64,000 nucleotides of DNA from NCBI GenBank assembly GCA_023230585.1, contig JALNXB010000003.1, positions 22,060 to 86,059 on the forward strand, in the 5' to 3' direction. The position numbers were made by a program, and so were the translations under genes. Shown here one piece after another: positions 49,405 through 58,879 of this stretch. The stretch comes from a bacterium. Its GTDB lineage: Bacteria; Ratteibacteria; UBA8468; B48-G9; JAFGKM01. How positions within the stretch are numbered: position 1 is the stretch's first letter; each line of letters opens with the position of its first letter. The notes under the pieces are model-generated. The model searched no databases. It was not told the origin of the DNA and worked only from the letters and a program-made list of their open reading frames with translations.

Positions 49405-49700
49405 TTACCCTTGCTTCCCATTCCTTTTCCGCCTTCGGCGAGATTGCCACGCCAAAAGCCCTACTGCGCCAAGGTATACCTGCCGAAGCTTGTGTTTTAG
49501 CGTAGGTTGGCTTCGGCGGATAAAACTCGCAAGACAAACTACAAAAGCAAAATACCCCCTCATCCTTGATCCTTCTCCCCCAAGAGGAGAAGGCAAAAAC
49601 TCCTTATTTCTGCAAACCTCGAAGGTTTCCTCAGCTTAAAAACGAGATTCCGGATCAAGTCCGGAATGACAAGCAGGGGGGATCTTTGTCTTTATTTTAT
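49405..49700. repeat. Modular intergenic repeat, copy R6 (modules C, B-variant, E, A)
   Basis: ttccttttccgccttcggcgagattgccacgcc (module C) is identical to 60160-60190. gcgtaggttggcttcggcggataaaactcgcaagacaaactacaaaagc is a B-like module. aaaaacgagattccggatcaagtccggaatgacaagcagggggg is the module A hairpin. Confidence 0.7.
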
Positions 49701-49712
49701 TTTCAATCTATT

Positions 49713-50270
49713 CTATTTTTCTTCTAAATTTATTAGCCATTCTCCGGTAATTTTAAGTATATCCAATTTCATACTTAGGTTCTGCCGACGAACCGCAACC
49801 ATATCCAGAACATTAAACCCGCATAGATACAACACCTTCTCCAAACTAAAAGTGCATGCAGCAGAACCGCCTCCTCCACCACCAGCAACACAGATACCAA
49901 TAGTCGGTTTATTGGTTATTCCCTCTTTACCTTTATCGTTCATTGTTGTACGTCTAAGCCGGTCGAGAAAAGACTTTAAACTTTCACTTAGGTCGCTAAA
50001 ATACACAGGTGTAGCAAAAACAACTATATCAGATTTCTTGATTTTATCAACCAATAAAGCAAAATCATCATCTATTATACATCTTCCCTCTGAACGACAA
50101 ATACCCCAACCATTATCATTACATTGTCTACATCTTTCAATCTTTTGTTTTGGTAGAAACACTTCTTCTGTTTGGTCTGTTTTAGTTTTTACGCCTTTTA
50201 GTAAAGCTTGAACTGCTCTGGCTGTCTGACCTTCTGGATTACGGCTACCAAGAATTGTTAAGACCTTCAT
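49713..50270 (-). CDS. Flavodoxin-fold NAD(P)H-dependent FMN reductase / iron-sulfur flavoprotein (Isf-like)
   Basis: MKVLTILGSRNPEGQT...IVVFATPVYFSDLSESLKSFLDR is the NADPH-dependent FMN reductase fold. The compact Cys cluster CRQCNDNGWGICRSEGRC resembles the Isf CX2CX2-7CX5C [4Fe-4S] motif. The C-terminal ~25 codons extend into repeat R6 and may not be translated. Confidence 0.55.
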   Translation of the reverse strand: MKVLTILGSRNPEGQTARAVQALLKGVKTKTDQTEEVFLPKQKIERCRQCNDNGWGICRSEGRCIIDDDFALLVDKIKKSDIVVFATPVYFSDLSESLKSFLDRLRRTTMNDKGKEGITNKPTIGICVAGGGGGGSAACTFSLEKVLYLCGFNVLDMVAVRRQNLSMKLDILKITGEWLINLEEK

Positions 50271-50403
50271 ATCTCCCCCCTATTGTAGATTAAGTTTTTT
50301 GCTGTATATTACAACTATATATAACATATTTTATTACCTCTACATAAAAAGTCAAAATATTACTACACCTCTTATGTAAATTCTTGCTAAGTATGTTCCA
50401 CTC

Positions 50404-50432
50404 TTGACAACCACACAATTGTGTGGTATGTT
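50404..50432 (+). promoter_or_regulatory. Sigma70-like promoter (TTGACA-N17-TATGTT) with an embedded 18-bp perfect palindrome ACCACACAATTGTGTGGT (candidate LexA operator)
   Basis: TTGACA is at 50404-50409. The perfect palindrome at 50410-50427 exactly fills the 17-bp spacer. TATGTT is at 50427-50432. The element lies ~180 nt upstream of lexA and ~140 nt upstream of the divergent Isf-like gene. Confidence 0.35.
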
Positions 50433-50499
50433 TAATAGTGTTGATACCAAAAATTGTTAAATTATGTCAAAGATGGGTGGCAAATAAAAGCAAAAACAA

Positions 50500-50585
50500 A
50501 GACCAAAAGCCCCCCTCACCTTACACCCTCTCTTCCCTCGGGGGTTCTCGGGACAAGACCCAAGGGTAGAGAAGAGTATGGGAGA
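50500..50585. repeat. Modular intergenic repeat, copy R7 (modules D, E), in the lexA leader
   Basis: cctcgggggttctcgggacaagacccaagggtagagaagag carries module D (cf. 2010-2040, 60030-60058) and module E (cf. 615-640). Confidence 0.55.
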
Positions 50586-50608
50586 TTTGCTCCCACAAAA
50601 GGAGATAT

Positions 50609-51211
50609 ATGAGTTTAACAGAGAAACAACAAAAGATACTTGATTACATTAAAAAACAGATTCAAGAGAACGGCTACCCGCCCACAATACGAGAGATAGG
50701 TGAAAAATTCTCTTTATCTTCAACAGGTAGCGTTAGGGACCATTTAAAAGTTCTTAGTGACAAAAAATATATAGAACGTCTTCCTGGAATCTCACGAGGT
50801 ATTCGGTTACAGGATAAACCTTTACAATCTTCTTCTACTTCTATCCCCGTTGTAGGAAGGATTACTGCTGGCAAACCAGAACTTGCCATAGAAGATATTG
50901 AGGGCACAATATGCATAGATAAAAAACTTGTTGATAAAGGTACAACTTTTGCTTTAAAGGTTAAGGGAGATAGTATGATTGACGCAGGTATACAAGAAGG
51001 TGACTATGTAATTGTTAAACCTCAAAATGTATGTGAGCAGGGTGAAATTATTATTGCTTTGATTGAAGGTGAAGCCACAGTAAAAAGGTTCAAACGTAAA
51101 GGTAACAACCTTTTTTTACAACCAGCCAACCCTTCTTATGAACCAATAAAAATTGATGAAAGGGTCAAAATTATAGGTAAAGTAGTCGGTCTTATAAGGT
51201 ATTACAACTAA
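50609..51211 (+). CDS. lexA: LexA repressor (SOS response)
   Basis: The N-terminal winged-HTH is ...LTEKQQKILDYIKKQIQENGYPPTIREIGEKF. The C-terminal S24 peptidase domain carries the catalytic Ser in VKGDSMIDAGI and the Lys in GEATVKRFKRKGN. The autocleavage region PVVGRITAGKP holds the AG cleavage bond. Confidence 0.85.
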   Translation: MSLTEKQQKILDYIKKQIQENGYPPTIREIGEKFSLSSTGSVRDHLKVLSDKKYIERLPGISRGIRLQDKPLQSSSTSIPVVGRITAGKPELAIEDIEGTICIDKKLVDKGTTFALKVKGDSMIDAGIQEGDYVIVKPQNVCEQGEIIIALIEGEATVKRFKRKGNNLFLQPANPSYEPIKIDERVKIIGKVVGLIRYYN

Positions 51212-51226
51212 AAGGATAACCATAAA

Positions 51227-51475
51227 ATGATGGAAGAAATTATGGAAGAAATAGAGATAGAGGCACACTTTAGTAGCAACAAAATTAAACCAAAATGGTT
51301 CCTATGGAACAATAGAAAATATTATATAGATAAAGTAAACTATATCTGGCACAATAAAGACGGAGAAGAGGTTATCTACTATTTTTCAGTAGTTGTTGGT
51401 GCTAATCTTTATGAACTCTCTTTTTATACAAAAAAACTCAAATGGCTCTTAAGCAAGGTTTATATTGAGGGATAA
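51227..51475 (+). CDS. Small hypothetical protein co-transcribed between lexA and dinB
   Basis: 82-aa ORF with a good RBS spacing (aaaaggataacc). It abuts the dinB start. Family not recognised; YolD-like or other SOS accessory proteins are a possibility. Confidence 0.4.
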   Translation: MMEEIMEEIEIEAHFSSNKIKPKWFLWNNRKYYIDKVNYIWHNKDGEEVIYYFSVVVGANLYELSFYTKKLKWLLSKVYIEG

Positions 51476-51476
51476 A

Positions 51477-52700
51477 ATGGAACGGACTATTTTGCATATT
51501 GATATGGACGCTTACTTTGCTTCGGTTGAAGAGAAAAGCAACCCTTTTTTGAAAGGTAAACCTATAATAGTATCTGGTAACCCAGAAGCAAGGACTACTG
51601 TTTCCACAGCAAACTATATAGCAAGAGAGTATGGAATAAAAGCAGGGATGCCTTTAAGAGAAGCGTTAAGATTGTGCCCTAAGGCAGAGGTAGTGGTGGG
51701 TAATTCAGTTAAATATTTGAGCACAACTTCCAAACTCCTTAATATACTAAAAGATTTTACTCCTTATCTGGAAAGTTACTCCATAGATGAAGCGTTTTTG
51801 GATATAACCGGAACAAAAGAACTTTTTGGTGGTGCAGTGGAAACTGGTGTAAAAATCAAAAGCAGAATAAAAGAAGAGTTGGACTTGACTTGTTCTGTAG
51901 GTATAGCGCCCAATAAATTGCTGGCAAAACTTGCAAGTAACACAGTAAAACCTGACGGGCTTACCTGCATAAAAAAAGAAGATGTATCTGGTCTATTAAA
52001 AAATCTACCTATAGAAAAATTATGGGGTATTGGAGAAAATTTGACCTTCAAGTTAAACTGTCTTGGCATAAAAACCTGTAAAGAACTGGCTGATTATTCT
52101 ATGAAAAAACTGGTTTCCAAATTTGGGGTCCAAGGGTATATTTTGCATTGTATGGGTAAAGGAGAATATTCTTCTAAAGTTAAACCTTTTTCTCAAGAAG
52201 AAGAATATAAATCTATGGGACATTCTTATACATTGTTCAGAGATACTTCAAATATTCTTATGGTAGAATCTACCCTTTACAGGTTATGTGAGCAGGTTGG
52301 AAGAAGGTTAAGGAAAGACAAGTACCAAGGCAGAACAGTAACCTTGATTTTAAGGTTTCACGATTTTAATACATTGGTTAAACAACAAACCTTAAAGAAC
52401 CACATTAACGATAGTCGTATTATTTACAGAACAGCTACCTCAATTATGAGAACAATAAAAATAGATAAACCTGTGAGATTGATAGGGGTAAGTGTGTCTA
52501 ACCTAATAAGAAAGCAAAGCCAGATTTCAATCTTTGAAGAAGAAAAAAAGAGAGAAGAACTATTGTTTGCACTTGATAAAATCAACGATAAGTTTGGTGA
52601 GTTTACTGTTTCTCCAGGAGCTGTTTTAATGGAAAAAACTCTTAACAAAAAATATTCAATTAACCGCAGGTCTATTTTAAAGGACGATATAAAAAAATAG
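51477..52700 (+). CDS. dinB: DNA polymerase IV (Y-family translesion polymerase)
   Basis: MERTILHIDMDAYFASVEEK...KPIIV is the canonical DinB N-terminus with catalytic D/E residues. SIDEAFLDIT is motif III. 407 aa from the MERTIL start. Confidence 0.85.
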   Translation: MERTILHIDMDAYFASVEEKSNPFLKGKPIIVSGNPEARTTVSTANYIAREYGIKAGMPLREALRLCPKAEVVVGNSVKYLSTTSKLLNILKDFTPYLESYSIDEAFLDITGTKELFGGAVETGVKIKSRIKEELDLTCSVGIAPNKLLAKLASNTVKPDGLTCIKKEDVSGLLKNLPIEKLWGIGENLTFKLNCLGIKTCKELADYSMKKLVSKFGVQGYILHCMGKGEYSSKVKPFSQEEEYKSMGHSYTLFRDTSNILMVESTLYRLCEQVGRRLRKDKYQGRTVTLILRFHDFNTLVKQQTLKNHINDSRIIYRTATSIMRTIKIDKPVRLIGVSVSNLIRKQSQISIFEEEKKREELLFALDKINDKFGEFTVSPGAVLMEKTLNKKYSINRRSILKDDIKK

Positions 52701-52839
52701 GCACGTCAGGTTTCTCTTGCTTTATGAAAAATTGTTATATACCTTTACTCAGTACCTAAACTAAAAATATGTAAACATTTTTATTAGGCTGCTATTTCTT
52801 TAAAACAGTCTTTTTTTGCCCAATAGAAAATAGGTTATC

Positions 52840-54450
52840 TTATTTAAATTTTCTTAAAATTGTCCCACAACCTCCAACTACAAAAAAATGGTCGTTACCA
52901 TAAGAAACACCGTTAAGAGTAACCCTTGTTCCTGACTCTTTTGGTAACCAATTTGTTCCGTCAGAAGATACAATAGTTGTACCGTATTCCCCCGCTATAA
53001 CAAAAACATTGTTTCCGTAGGATATGGTCCGAAAAACCCTTTCTGTTCCTGATTCTTGTGGTAGCCAAACGATTCCGTTTTCGGAAGTTAATATTGTGCC
53101 TGCCCTGCCTACTGCAACAAATTTGCCATTACCATAAGCAATTCCAAATAGGGTTACTTTAATTCCTTCTTTTTGTTCTACCCAATTTATTCCGTCGGAA
53201 GAGACCACAGTTGTACCAGCAGAGGCAGCAATAAAAACATTATTGCCGTAACAAATACTAAAAATCCATCTTGAAATTTCTGATTTTCTTCTTGTCCAAT
53301 TTACTCCATCAGGAGAAGTGAAAATTGTGCCAAGTTCCCCTGCTGCAACAAATATGTTATTTCCATACGTAATACAGGTAAACAGATCATTTGTATTTAA
53401 GTTCTGCTTTGCCCAAGTTGTTCCATCTACAGAGGTAAGTACTGTACCTAACTCCCCTACCGCAACAAACATATTGCTACCATAAACAACACCGTTAAGA
53501 GATTTTTGTGTCCCTGAATATATCTCTTTCCAGCCATTCTCTGTGGAGGATAGTATTGTACCGTATTTTCCAACTGCTATAAATCTGTTTTTACCATAGG
53601 CAATACCATTAAGCCCGTTTCTACTTCCAGAATGTCGTTCTGTCCATTTTCTGCCTGTAGCAGAGCTTAAAATTATACCTCCCTCCCCTATTGCAATAAA
53701 CATTCCATTACCATAAGCAATTCCACAAAGTTTGTCCGTTGTATTTGAATGGTGTTTTGTCCATCTTGTTCCATTATAAGAATTCAAGATTACACCATTC
53801 CCACCAACTGCAGCAAATACGTTCTTTCCACGAACAATTCCACTAAGCCAAACATTTGTCTTTGAATTCTGCTCTCTCCAAATTATCCCATCGGTTGATA
53901 CTAAAATTGTTCCAGCAAAACCTGTAATAATAAAAACATTGTTTCCATAATCTATACCATCAAGAGGTTTTGTTGTCTTTGAATCTGCTTGTCTCCAGTT
54001 TATACCGTTAAGAGAAGTAAGTATTGTACCAGTCTCTCCTACTGCTATAAACATACCATTTCCGTATGTAATACCGCTTAGCCATTTTGTTGTATTTGAA
54101 CCTATTTCTCTCCAACTTACCCCATCAGGAGAGGTAAGTATTGTTCCTGCCCTACCTACTGCAACAAAGATTCCGTTACCATATACAACACCACTTAGCC
54201 ATTTTGTTGTCTTCGAGTCTGTTTGTCTCCAGTTTATTCCATTAGGAGAAGTAAGTATTGTACCGTTAGTTCCAACTACAACAAATATATTATTTCCCCA
54301 CGAAATATCATTAAGTTGGTTTGAGGTAGGCAATGGGTTTTCAAAATGGTAGTTTGTAGAATTTGTAGAAAAAGCTAAAGAAACATAAGAACCAATAAAA
54401 AAGAAGAGCAATATCTTTACAACCAAATAGGTTCTTCTTTTATTTCTCAT
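52840..54450 (-). CDS. Secreted beta-propeller-like protein built from ~12 tandem ~38-aa repeats
   Basis: Signal peptide. The repeats have consensus [ST]..DG[IV].W[RT].....T...L.GI.YGN..F[IV]AVG..GTIL[TS]S. Examples are GTILTSPDGVSWREIGSNTTKWLSGITYGNGMFIAVGETGTILTSLNGINWRQ. The pattern resembles Ycf48/BNR-like propeller blades. Confidence 0.5.
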   Translation of the reverse strand: MRNKRRTYLVVKILLFFFIGSYVSLAFSTNSTNYHFENPLPTSNQLNDISWGNNIFVVVGTNGTILTSPNGINWRQTDSKTTKWLSGVVYGNGIFVAVGRAGTILTSPDGVSWREIGSNTTKWLSGITYGNGMFIAVGETGTILTSLNGINWRQADSKTTKPLDGIDYGNNVFIITGFAGTILVSTDGIIWREQNSKTNVWLSGIVRGKNVFAAVGGNGVILNSYNGTRWTKHHSNTTDKLCGIAYGNGMFIAIGEGGIILSSATGRKWTERHSGSRNGLNGIAYGKNRFIAVGKYGTILSSTENGWKEIYSGTQKSLNGVVYGSNMFVAVGELGTVLTSVDGTTWAKQNLNTNDLFTCITYGNNIFVAAGELGTIFTSPDGVNWTRRKSEISRWIFSICYGNNVFIAASAGTTVVSSDGINWVEQKEGIKVTLFGIAYGNGKFVAVGRAGTILTSENGIVWLPQESGTERVFRTISYGNNVFVIAGEYGTTIVSSDGTNWLPKESGTRVTLNGVSYGNDHFFVVGGCGTILRKFK

Positions 54451-54468
54451 TTTAGTTTGTCTCCCTTT

Positions 54469-56889
54469 TTATTTACCGATATAAATTTCATCAAGCCAGT
54501 ATTCATCACCTTCTAGCACGCCAGTACCTCTACCACCTTCTCTCCCACCGCTAAAACTTAAACTTTGGAGAGTGTTCACTTCAGGGTATTCTTTTTGGAT
54601 AAGACGCACATCAAGTTCTATCTCATGCCATTCTCCGTCTGCTATCAATTCTTTCTCAAATTCCTCACGAACAGAAACCAAAGGCCTTGCTTTTTTTCTA
54701 TCAGGCACCTTTGGTGCAACCCTTGCCAGAAACAGACTTCTACTATAAGTATCTAACCCTTTTTTCAAATGTTCTTCCTTTCTTTGCCCTGAACTAAATC
54801 CAGATGCAACTATTGAAATAACAGTTCCTGGCTTAATTTTATATTTAATACGTACTGTTGGATATTTGTTTATATCCCACTCTCGTGGTGCAATATTTGC
54901 GCTTAACATAGAACCGTCACGCGGTGCAAAAATATGCATAATACCTTTACCCGTTTCTTTGTCCAATAGATGCTCATATTTTGTTGGCATAGGGCGATAA
55001 AATCTCCAATATATCCACCAATCTTTATCGTCTGTATCAAAAGTGGTCTTTATCAGAATGTCTTCATCCTTTGGAGGAGATTTAACATCAATATATCCCA
55101 CACCTACACAACTGTTTCCCGTAGAGTCGGTTACTCTAAGGCGAACACCGTAATCTTTCTCCTCAGAAAACTTGTGGGTGAGGGTCGCACTTGTCGATTG
55201 TGTGCTGTCTCCCAATATCCACCTGTATTGGAAAGGAGGAACCATCCCATTTATAACGGTTTTAAACTCAACAGGTTCCCCTGGCTTAACAACGCCTTTA
55301 TTTGGTATTATCTGAACACTTGCTCTGGGGTTCTTTCCATATTCAAAGGCACCTATATCAAGACGCTTTCCAACCCAAGCCAAACTAACAGGTTCGCCTT
55401 TTTTCCACTGGGTAGATTTATCCAGATGAAGCACTTTCTTTTCATAGTCCACCATTATAACACGAGCCTGGTTTTTGAAATTACCCACAGCTATAAGGTC
55501 TCCCCTTTCGCCTTCTATACCATATCCATCATAAAAATAATATGGGTCTTCAACAGGTAAAAGATTCCCTTTCCCTGCAGAACTTGTGTTTGTCAATGAA
55601 GCGCCTGCATCAATTAAAGGACTTTTAGAACTTAACGTATAATTAAAATTTTCTATTGACGCAAACATTGGCAATTTTTCTATATTATCTTTAAAAACCT
55701 CTCCGTGCTCTTCAACCCATTCGTCTTTTCTGGCTTCTGGTAAACTCATAACCTCAGCATCCTGCGGATGACCTGTTCGCCCCCACAAAATTGCCGTGTT
55801 AGGGTTAACGCCTGAAAAAACATTATTTATTACTTGCACCTTTTCGGAAGTTCCTCCGGTTAAATGTAAATGGGTTTGACTACCATACGGATTGTTTTCA
55901 TAAAAGACATTATTTTTAAAAATTAGGTCAGATATTTTCTCGCTTATACTGCCAACCCCAATCCAGCCAAGGTTACTATGAAAAACATTATTATAGATAC
56001 GGGTGTTACGAGTGTAATGCCATTCTCTATGGGGAAACATAGCTATTACATTTCCGCCGTAATTTTTGAACACTCTGTTGAATCGAAAAATGTTTTTATC
56101 TCCCAGAAGTTTCATTTCACCGTCTCCAGACCTTCCTCCTGTAAATGCATTGGTGAAAATATTGTCTTCTATCAGCACCTGAGGGTGTCCAAAATTTTCA
56201 AAATTCCTACACCAGCCGGCATGAAAAACATTCCCCCTTACAACTATTCTATTATTTCCTTTCGGACCTTCAGGTAAATGGATTGCCAATAGAGTATGAA
56301 GACCACGCGAAAAAGCGTTACCTTCAATTAACACCTGAGTAGAAGAATGTAGATGACAAAGGTCTCCACCTCTTTCACCTCCAACAAAATCGTTATCAAG
56401 CAACTTTATCTGATTGCTTTCATTAATTCTAAACGAGCCCGAGTATCCACCACCCGTAAATTCGCAGTTTTCAAAAGTTATATTATTAGATTTTCTTATG
56501 TCTGTCCAACCAGGAACAGCAGATTCAACACGCATATCTTTAATCTGAATAAAAGATGCTCCTGTTATTGTTATGGTTTTACCTCCAGGAGATTTAACCA
56601 ATCTTGCCTGCCTTGGAACAGTAGAACAAAAAATGATAGGAGCTTCCGGAGTGCCACTGTTTACAAGTTGAAGTTTTCCTGCATAGTCCCCTGGTAGAAA
56701 AAAGATAGTATCTCCAGCTTTCCCCATTTTTCCCGCATATTCTGGTGTTTTCCAGGGCGATTCTTTAGTACCCTTGTTTTTATCGTCCCCTTGCGGAGAA
56801 ACAAAATATTCGTTTGAAAAACAGGCAATAGTGTTATTCAAAAATAAGAAACCTACCAGTAATAAACAAGCATATAATTTTTTAAACAT
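54469..56889 (-). CDS. Secreted right-handed beta-helix protein (pectate-lyase/polysaccharide-lyase-like) with PKD domain and C-terminal beta-sandwich domain
   Basis: A signal peptide follows the internal Met (MFKKLYACLLLVGFLFLNN). The parallel beta-helix repeats are NITFENCEFTGGGYSG...IKLLDNDFVGGERGG...VLIEGNAFSRG. The PKD domain is PFQYRWILGDSTQSTSATLTHKFSEEKDYGVRLRVTDSTGNS. The C-terminal ~200 aa are CBM/galactose-binding-like. Confidence 0.55.
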   Translation of the reverse strand: MFKKLYACLLLVGFLFLNNTIACFSNEYFVSPQGDDKNKGTKESPWKTPEYAGKMGKAGDTIFFLPGDYAGKLQLVNSGTPEAPIIFCSTVPRQARLVKSPGGKTITITGASFIQIKDMRVESAVPGWTDIRKSNNITFENCEFTGGGYSGSFRINESNQIKLLDNDFVGGERGGDLCHLHSSTQVLIEGNAFSRGLHTLLAIHLPEGPKGNNRIVVRGNVFHAGWCRNFENFGHPQVLIEDNIFTNAFTGGRSGDGEMKLLGDKNIFRFNRVFKNYGGNVIAMFPHREWHYTRNTRIYNNVFHSNLGWIGVGSISEKISDLIFKNNVFYENNPYGSQTHLHLTGGTSEKVQVINNVFSGVNPNTAILWGRTGHPQDAEVMSLPEARKDEWVEEHGEVFKDNIEKLPMFASIENFNYTLSSKSPLIDAGASLTNTSSAGKGNLLPVEDPYYFYDGYGIEGERGDLIAVGNFKNQARVIMVDYEKKVLHLDKSTQWKKGEPVSLAWVGKRLDIGAFEYGKNPRASVQIIPNKGVVKPGEPVEFKTVINGMVPPFQYRWILGDSTQSTSATLTHKFSEEKDYGVRLRVTDSTGNSCVGVGYIDVKSPPKDEDILIKTTFDTDDKDWWIYWRFYRPMPTKYEHLLDKETGKGIMHIFAPRDGSMLSANIAPREWDINKYPTVRIKYKIKPGTVISIVASGFSSGQRKEEHLKKGLDTYSRSLFLARVAPKVPDRKKARPLVSVREEFEKELIADGEWHEIELDVRLIQKEYPEVNTLQSLSFSGGREGGRGTGVLEGDEYWLDEIYIGK

Positions 56890-57077
56890 AACAACTCCTT
56901 TTGTTTGTATTTTATACTGTATATATTCAGTCAACCTGGTTCATTCAACTCAATTTACAATATACGTTTTCTTATTTTATTTACACTATAGTTTTATTAG
57001 GGAAGTATTAAGATAGAAGTTATCTTAACTTAACACATTGCAGAAAAAAAGAAAGACTCAGCACTCTTCTATTTTAA

Positions 57078-57806
57078 TTACCATGTCAGTTGGTCAAACG
57101 TTCTATCTCCTTTTTTTATCCACCAGAAACCCCTCAAAGAATGCCTTGCTGTTGCCGCATTAAACCTTGACGGACTTGCAGATTCCACGTGCCCATCAAG
57201 AAAAAGAAGGTTCATAAATCCTTGGTGCCTAAAATCTGCTGTCCCTGTAGCACTTGGTCCTACATCCTTTGTTCCAAAACCAATAGACATCCACTGATGA
57301 AGATACTCTTTTCCACCTGCATCCGCATCTGCATGTCCTCTACCAGCAACAGTTATGGAATCACCCATTATCCAAAAATCCTCTGGATGGTCAATACCAA
57401 CTATATGGAGCCACCCACCATTTGAAGAGTACCTTATATTTGAAATATCTTCGTGTCTTCTCCCGTAAATAGTATTAGGTTTGGAAGGGTCTGGCGTATA
57501 TGGAAGAGCAGAAGGACAACATATTATTTCTGGGGATATATATGAATCCAGTTTTCCGTAAGTACCATAATGTGAATATGATGGCCAAGCTGTTTGTATC
57601 CGTAAATTTACCAATCCTTCCCAGTCTTCCGCATATAACTTTAAACCTAACCCTATCTGTTTCAAGTTATTTATACAAACTGCAGATTTAGCCCGTGCCC
57701 TTGCTTTTGAAAGTGCAGGTAAAAGCATTGCAGCAAGTATTGCAATAATTGCTATTACTACAAGCAATTCTATTAGTGTAAAACCTGTTTTTTTATGTTT
57801 TTGCAT
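57078..57806 (-). CDS. Prepilin-type N-terminal cleavage/methylation domain protein, DUF1559 (H-X9-DG) family
   Basis: [48 protein letters not shown] is the type IV (pseudo)pilin N-terminal motif, followed by a DUF1559-like C-terminus. The family is expanded in Planctomycetes/PVC and Omnitrophota-like genomes. Confidence 0.7.
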   Translation of the reverse strand: MQKHKKTGFTLIELLVVIAIIAILAAMLLPALSKARARAKSAVCINNLKQIGLGLKLYAEDWEGLVNLRIQTAWPSYSHYGTYGKLDSYISPEIICCPSALPYTPDPSKPNTIYGRRHEDISNIRYSSNGGWLHIVGIDHPEDFWIMGDSITVAGRGHADADAGGKEYLHQWMSIGFGTKDVGPSATGTADFRHQGFMNLLFLDGHVESASPSRFNAATARHSLRGFWWIKKGDRTFDQLTW

Positions 57807-57865
57807 TTATTTCCACACCTCCTTAGCCAATTTTATTCTTATGCTAATATTTTTTTCATATCTGA

Positions 57866-58645
57866 TTAATATGAGTAATCTGTTGTGTTAAGATTTAGGT
57901 CCCTCAAAGTATACGGTCTTTGAGAAGGAACACCGCAATTAGGAAATTTCTCTTTAGGCAATATCCCTACAATGTAATTACCTATTTTTGCAGGTCTTCT
58001 TGCAGCGACCCATTGAGCATTCCCTCCAACATATAGCACATTCACTCCGTCTTCACCGTGGTTAAATTTTTTCCAGCAAGCCCACGTATAACTTTCTATA
58101 TTACTACCCCATTCAAAATAATAATCGGCAGTATTGGAATATCCTTTCTTACTATCAGCCATAATAGCAGTTTCTGGATGAGTTTGGAGGTTCAATCCGT
58201 AGGCGTACGCATAAGAACACGTACCACTTGGCATTACTCCTGCAACAACAGCACCATGTGGAATCAATTCCCCTGTTGGAGAAGGCTTATCTAAAGTACT
58301 TGGGCAGGTGAAAAGTTTGTAATTTGTCACATACGCAGAAGTATCACGAATATCATTTGAAGGGTCAGTTTCTCCGGTTAGCAATGCAAGAGACCTATTT
58401 GTTTGAGATCGTATGTCTTGCCCTTCTCTGGGTTCAAGAATAGGGAACCATCCATCCCAATCTTGTGCATATATATGAAGTATCAACCCAAGTTGTTTAA
58501 GATTGTTCAAACAAGTAGCTCTATTGGCGTTTTCTCTTGCTTTTGAAAGTGCGGGTAAGAGCATTGCAGCAAGTATTGCAATAATTGCTATTACTACAAG
58601 TAGTTCTATTAAAGTAAAACCGTTATTCTTTTTCATTCTTCTCAC
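57866..58645 (-). CDS. Prepilin-type N-terminal cleavage/methylation domain protein, DUF1559 family (paralog)
   Basis: [47 protein letters not shown]. The N-terminal 40 codons are near-identical at the nucleotide level to 57078..57806 (attgcagcaagtattgcaataattgctattactacaag is present in both). Confidence 0.7.
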   Translation of the reverse strand: MRRMKKNNGFTLIELLVVIAIIAILAAMLLPALSKARENANRATCLNNLKQLGLILHIYAQDWDGWFPILEPREGQDIRSQTNRSLALLTGETDPSNDIRDTSAYVTNYKLFTCPSTLDKPSPTGELIPHGAVVAGVMPSGTCSYAYAYGLNLQTHPETAIMADSKKGYSNTADYYFEWGSNIESYTWACWKKFNHGEDGVNVLYVGGNAQWVAARRPAKIGNYIVGILPKEKFPNCGVPSQRPYTLRDLNLNTTDYSY

Positions 58646-58649
58646 CTCC

Positions 58650-58700
58650 TTTCTCCCATTTATCCCGAGTACCCCCGAGGGGCTTATCCCGACAGTTTTT
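58650..58700. repeat. Modular intergenic repeat, copy R8 (module D)
   Basis: ttatcccgagtacccccgaggggcttatcccgac. Compare gtcccgagtacccccgagggataaaac at 60030 and gggacaagccctcgggggtactcgggataaa (reverse orientation) at 2010. Confidence 0.55.
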
Positions 58701-58879
58701 CTGAGGAGTTTTTTTAGGGTGGGATTAGGTTTTATATTCTTCCCTATTCTACTCCTCCCTACTTGATTTTGTCAAGTATTTTCAAGTTCTTAATATAAGA
58801 TGGTTTTATATGAAGAGTAAAAGGTAATGATGATAAAAAAATTATAGGTAAGATGCGAAATATCTTAACACTTATAAAA

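Noticed and set aside
52840-56934. The idea that the beta-propeller and beta-helix/PKD proteins form a toxin or RHS-like polymorphic system
   Set aside because: No RHS/YD repeats, no C-terminal toxin-like variable tail and no immunity gene were recognisable. Secreted carbohydrate-active or adhesion roles are the more parsimonious reading.
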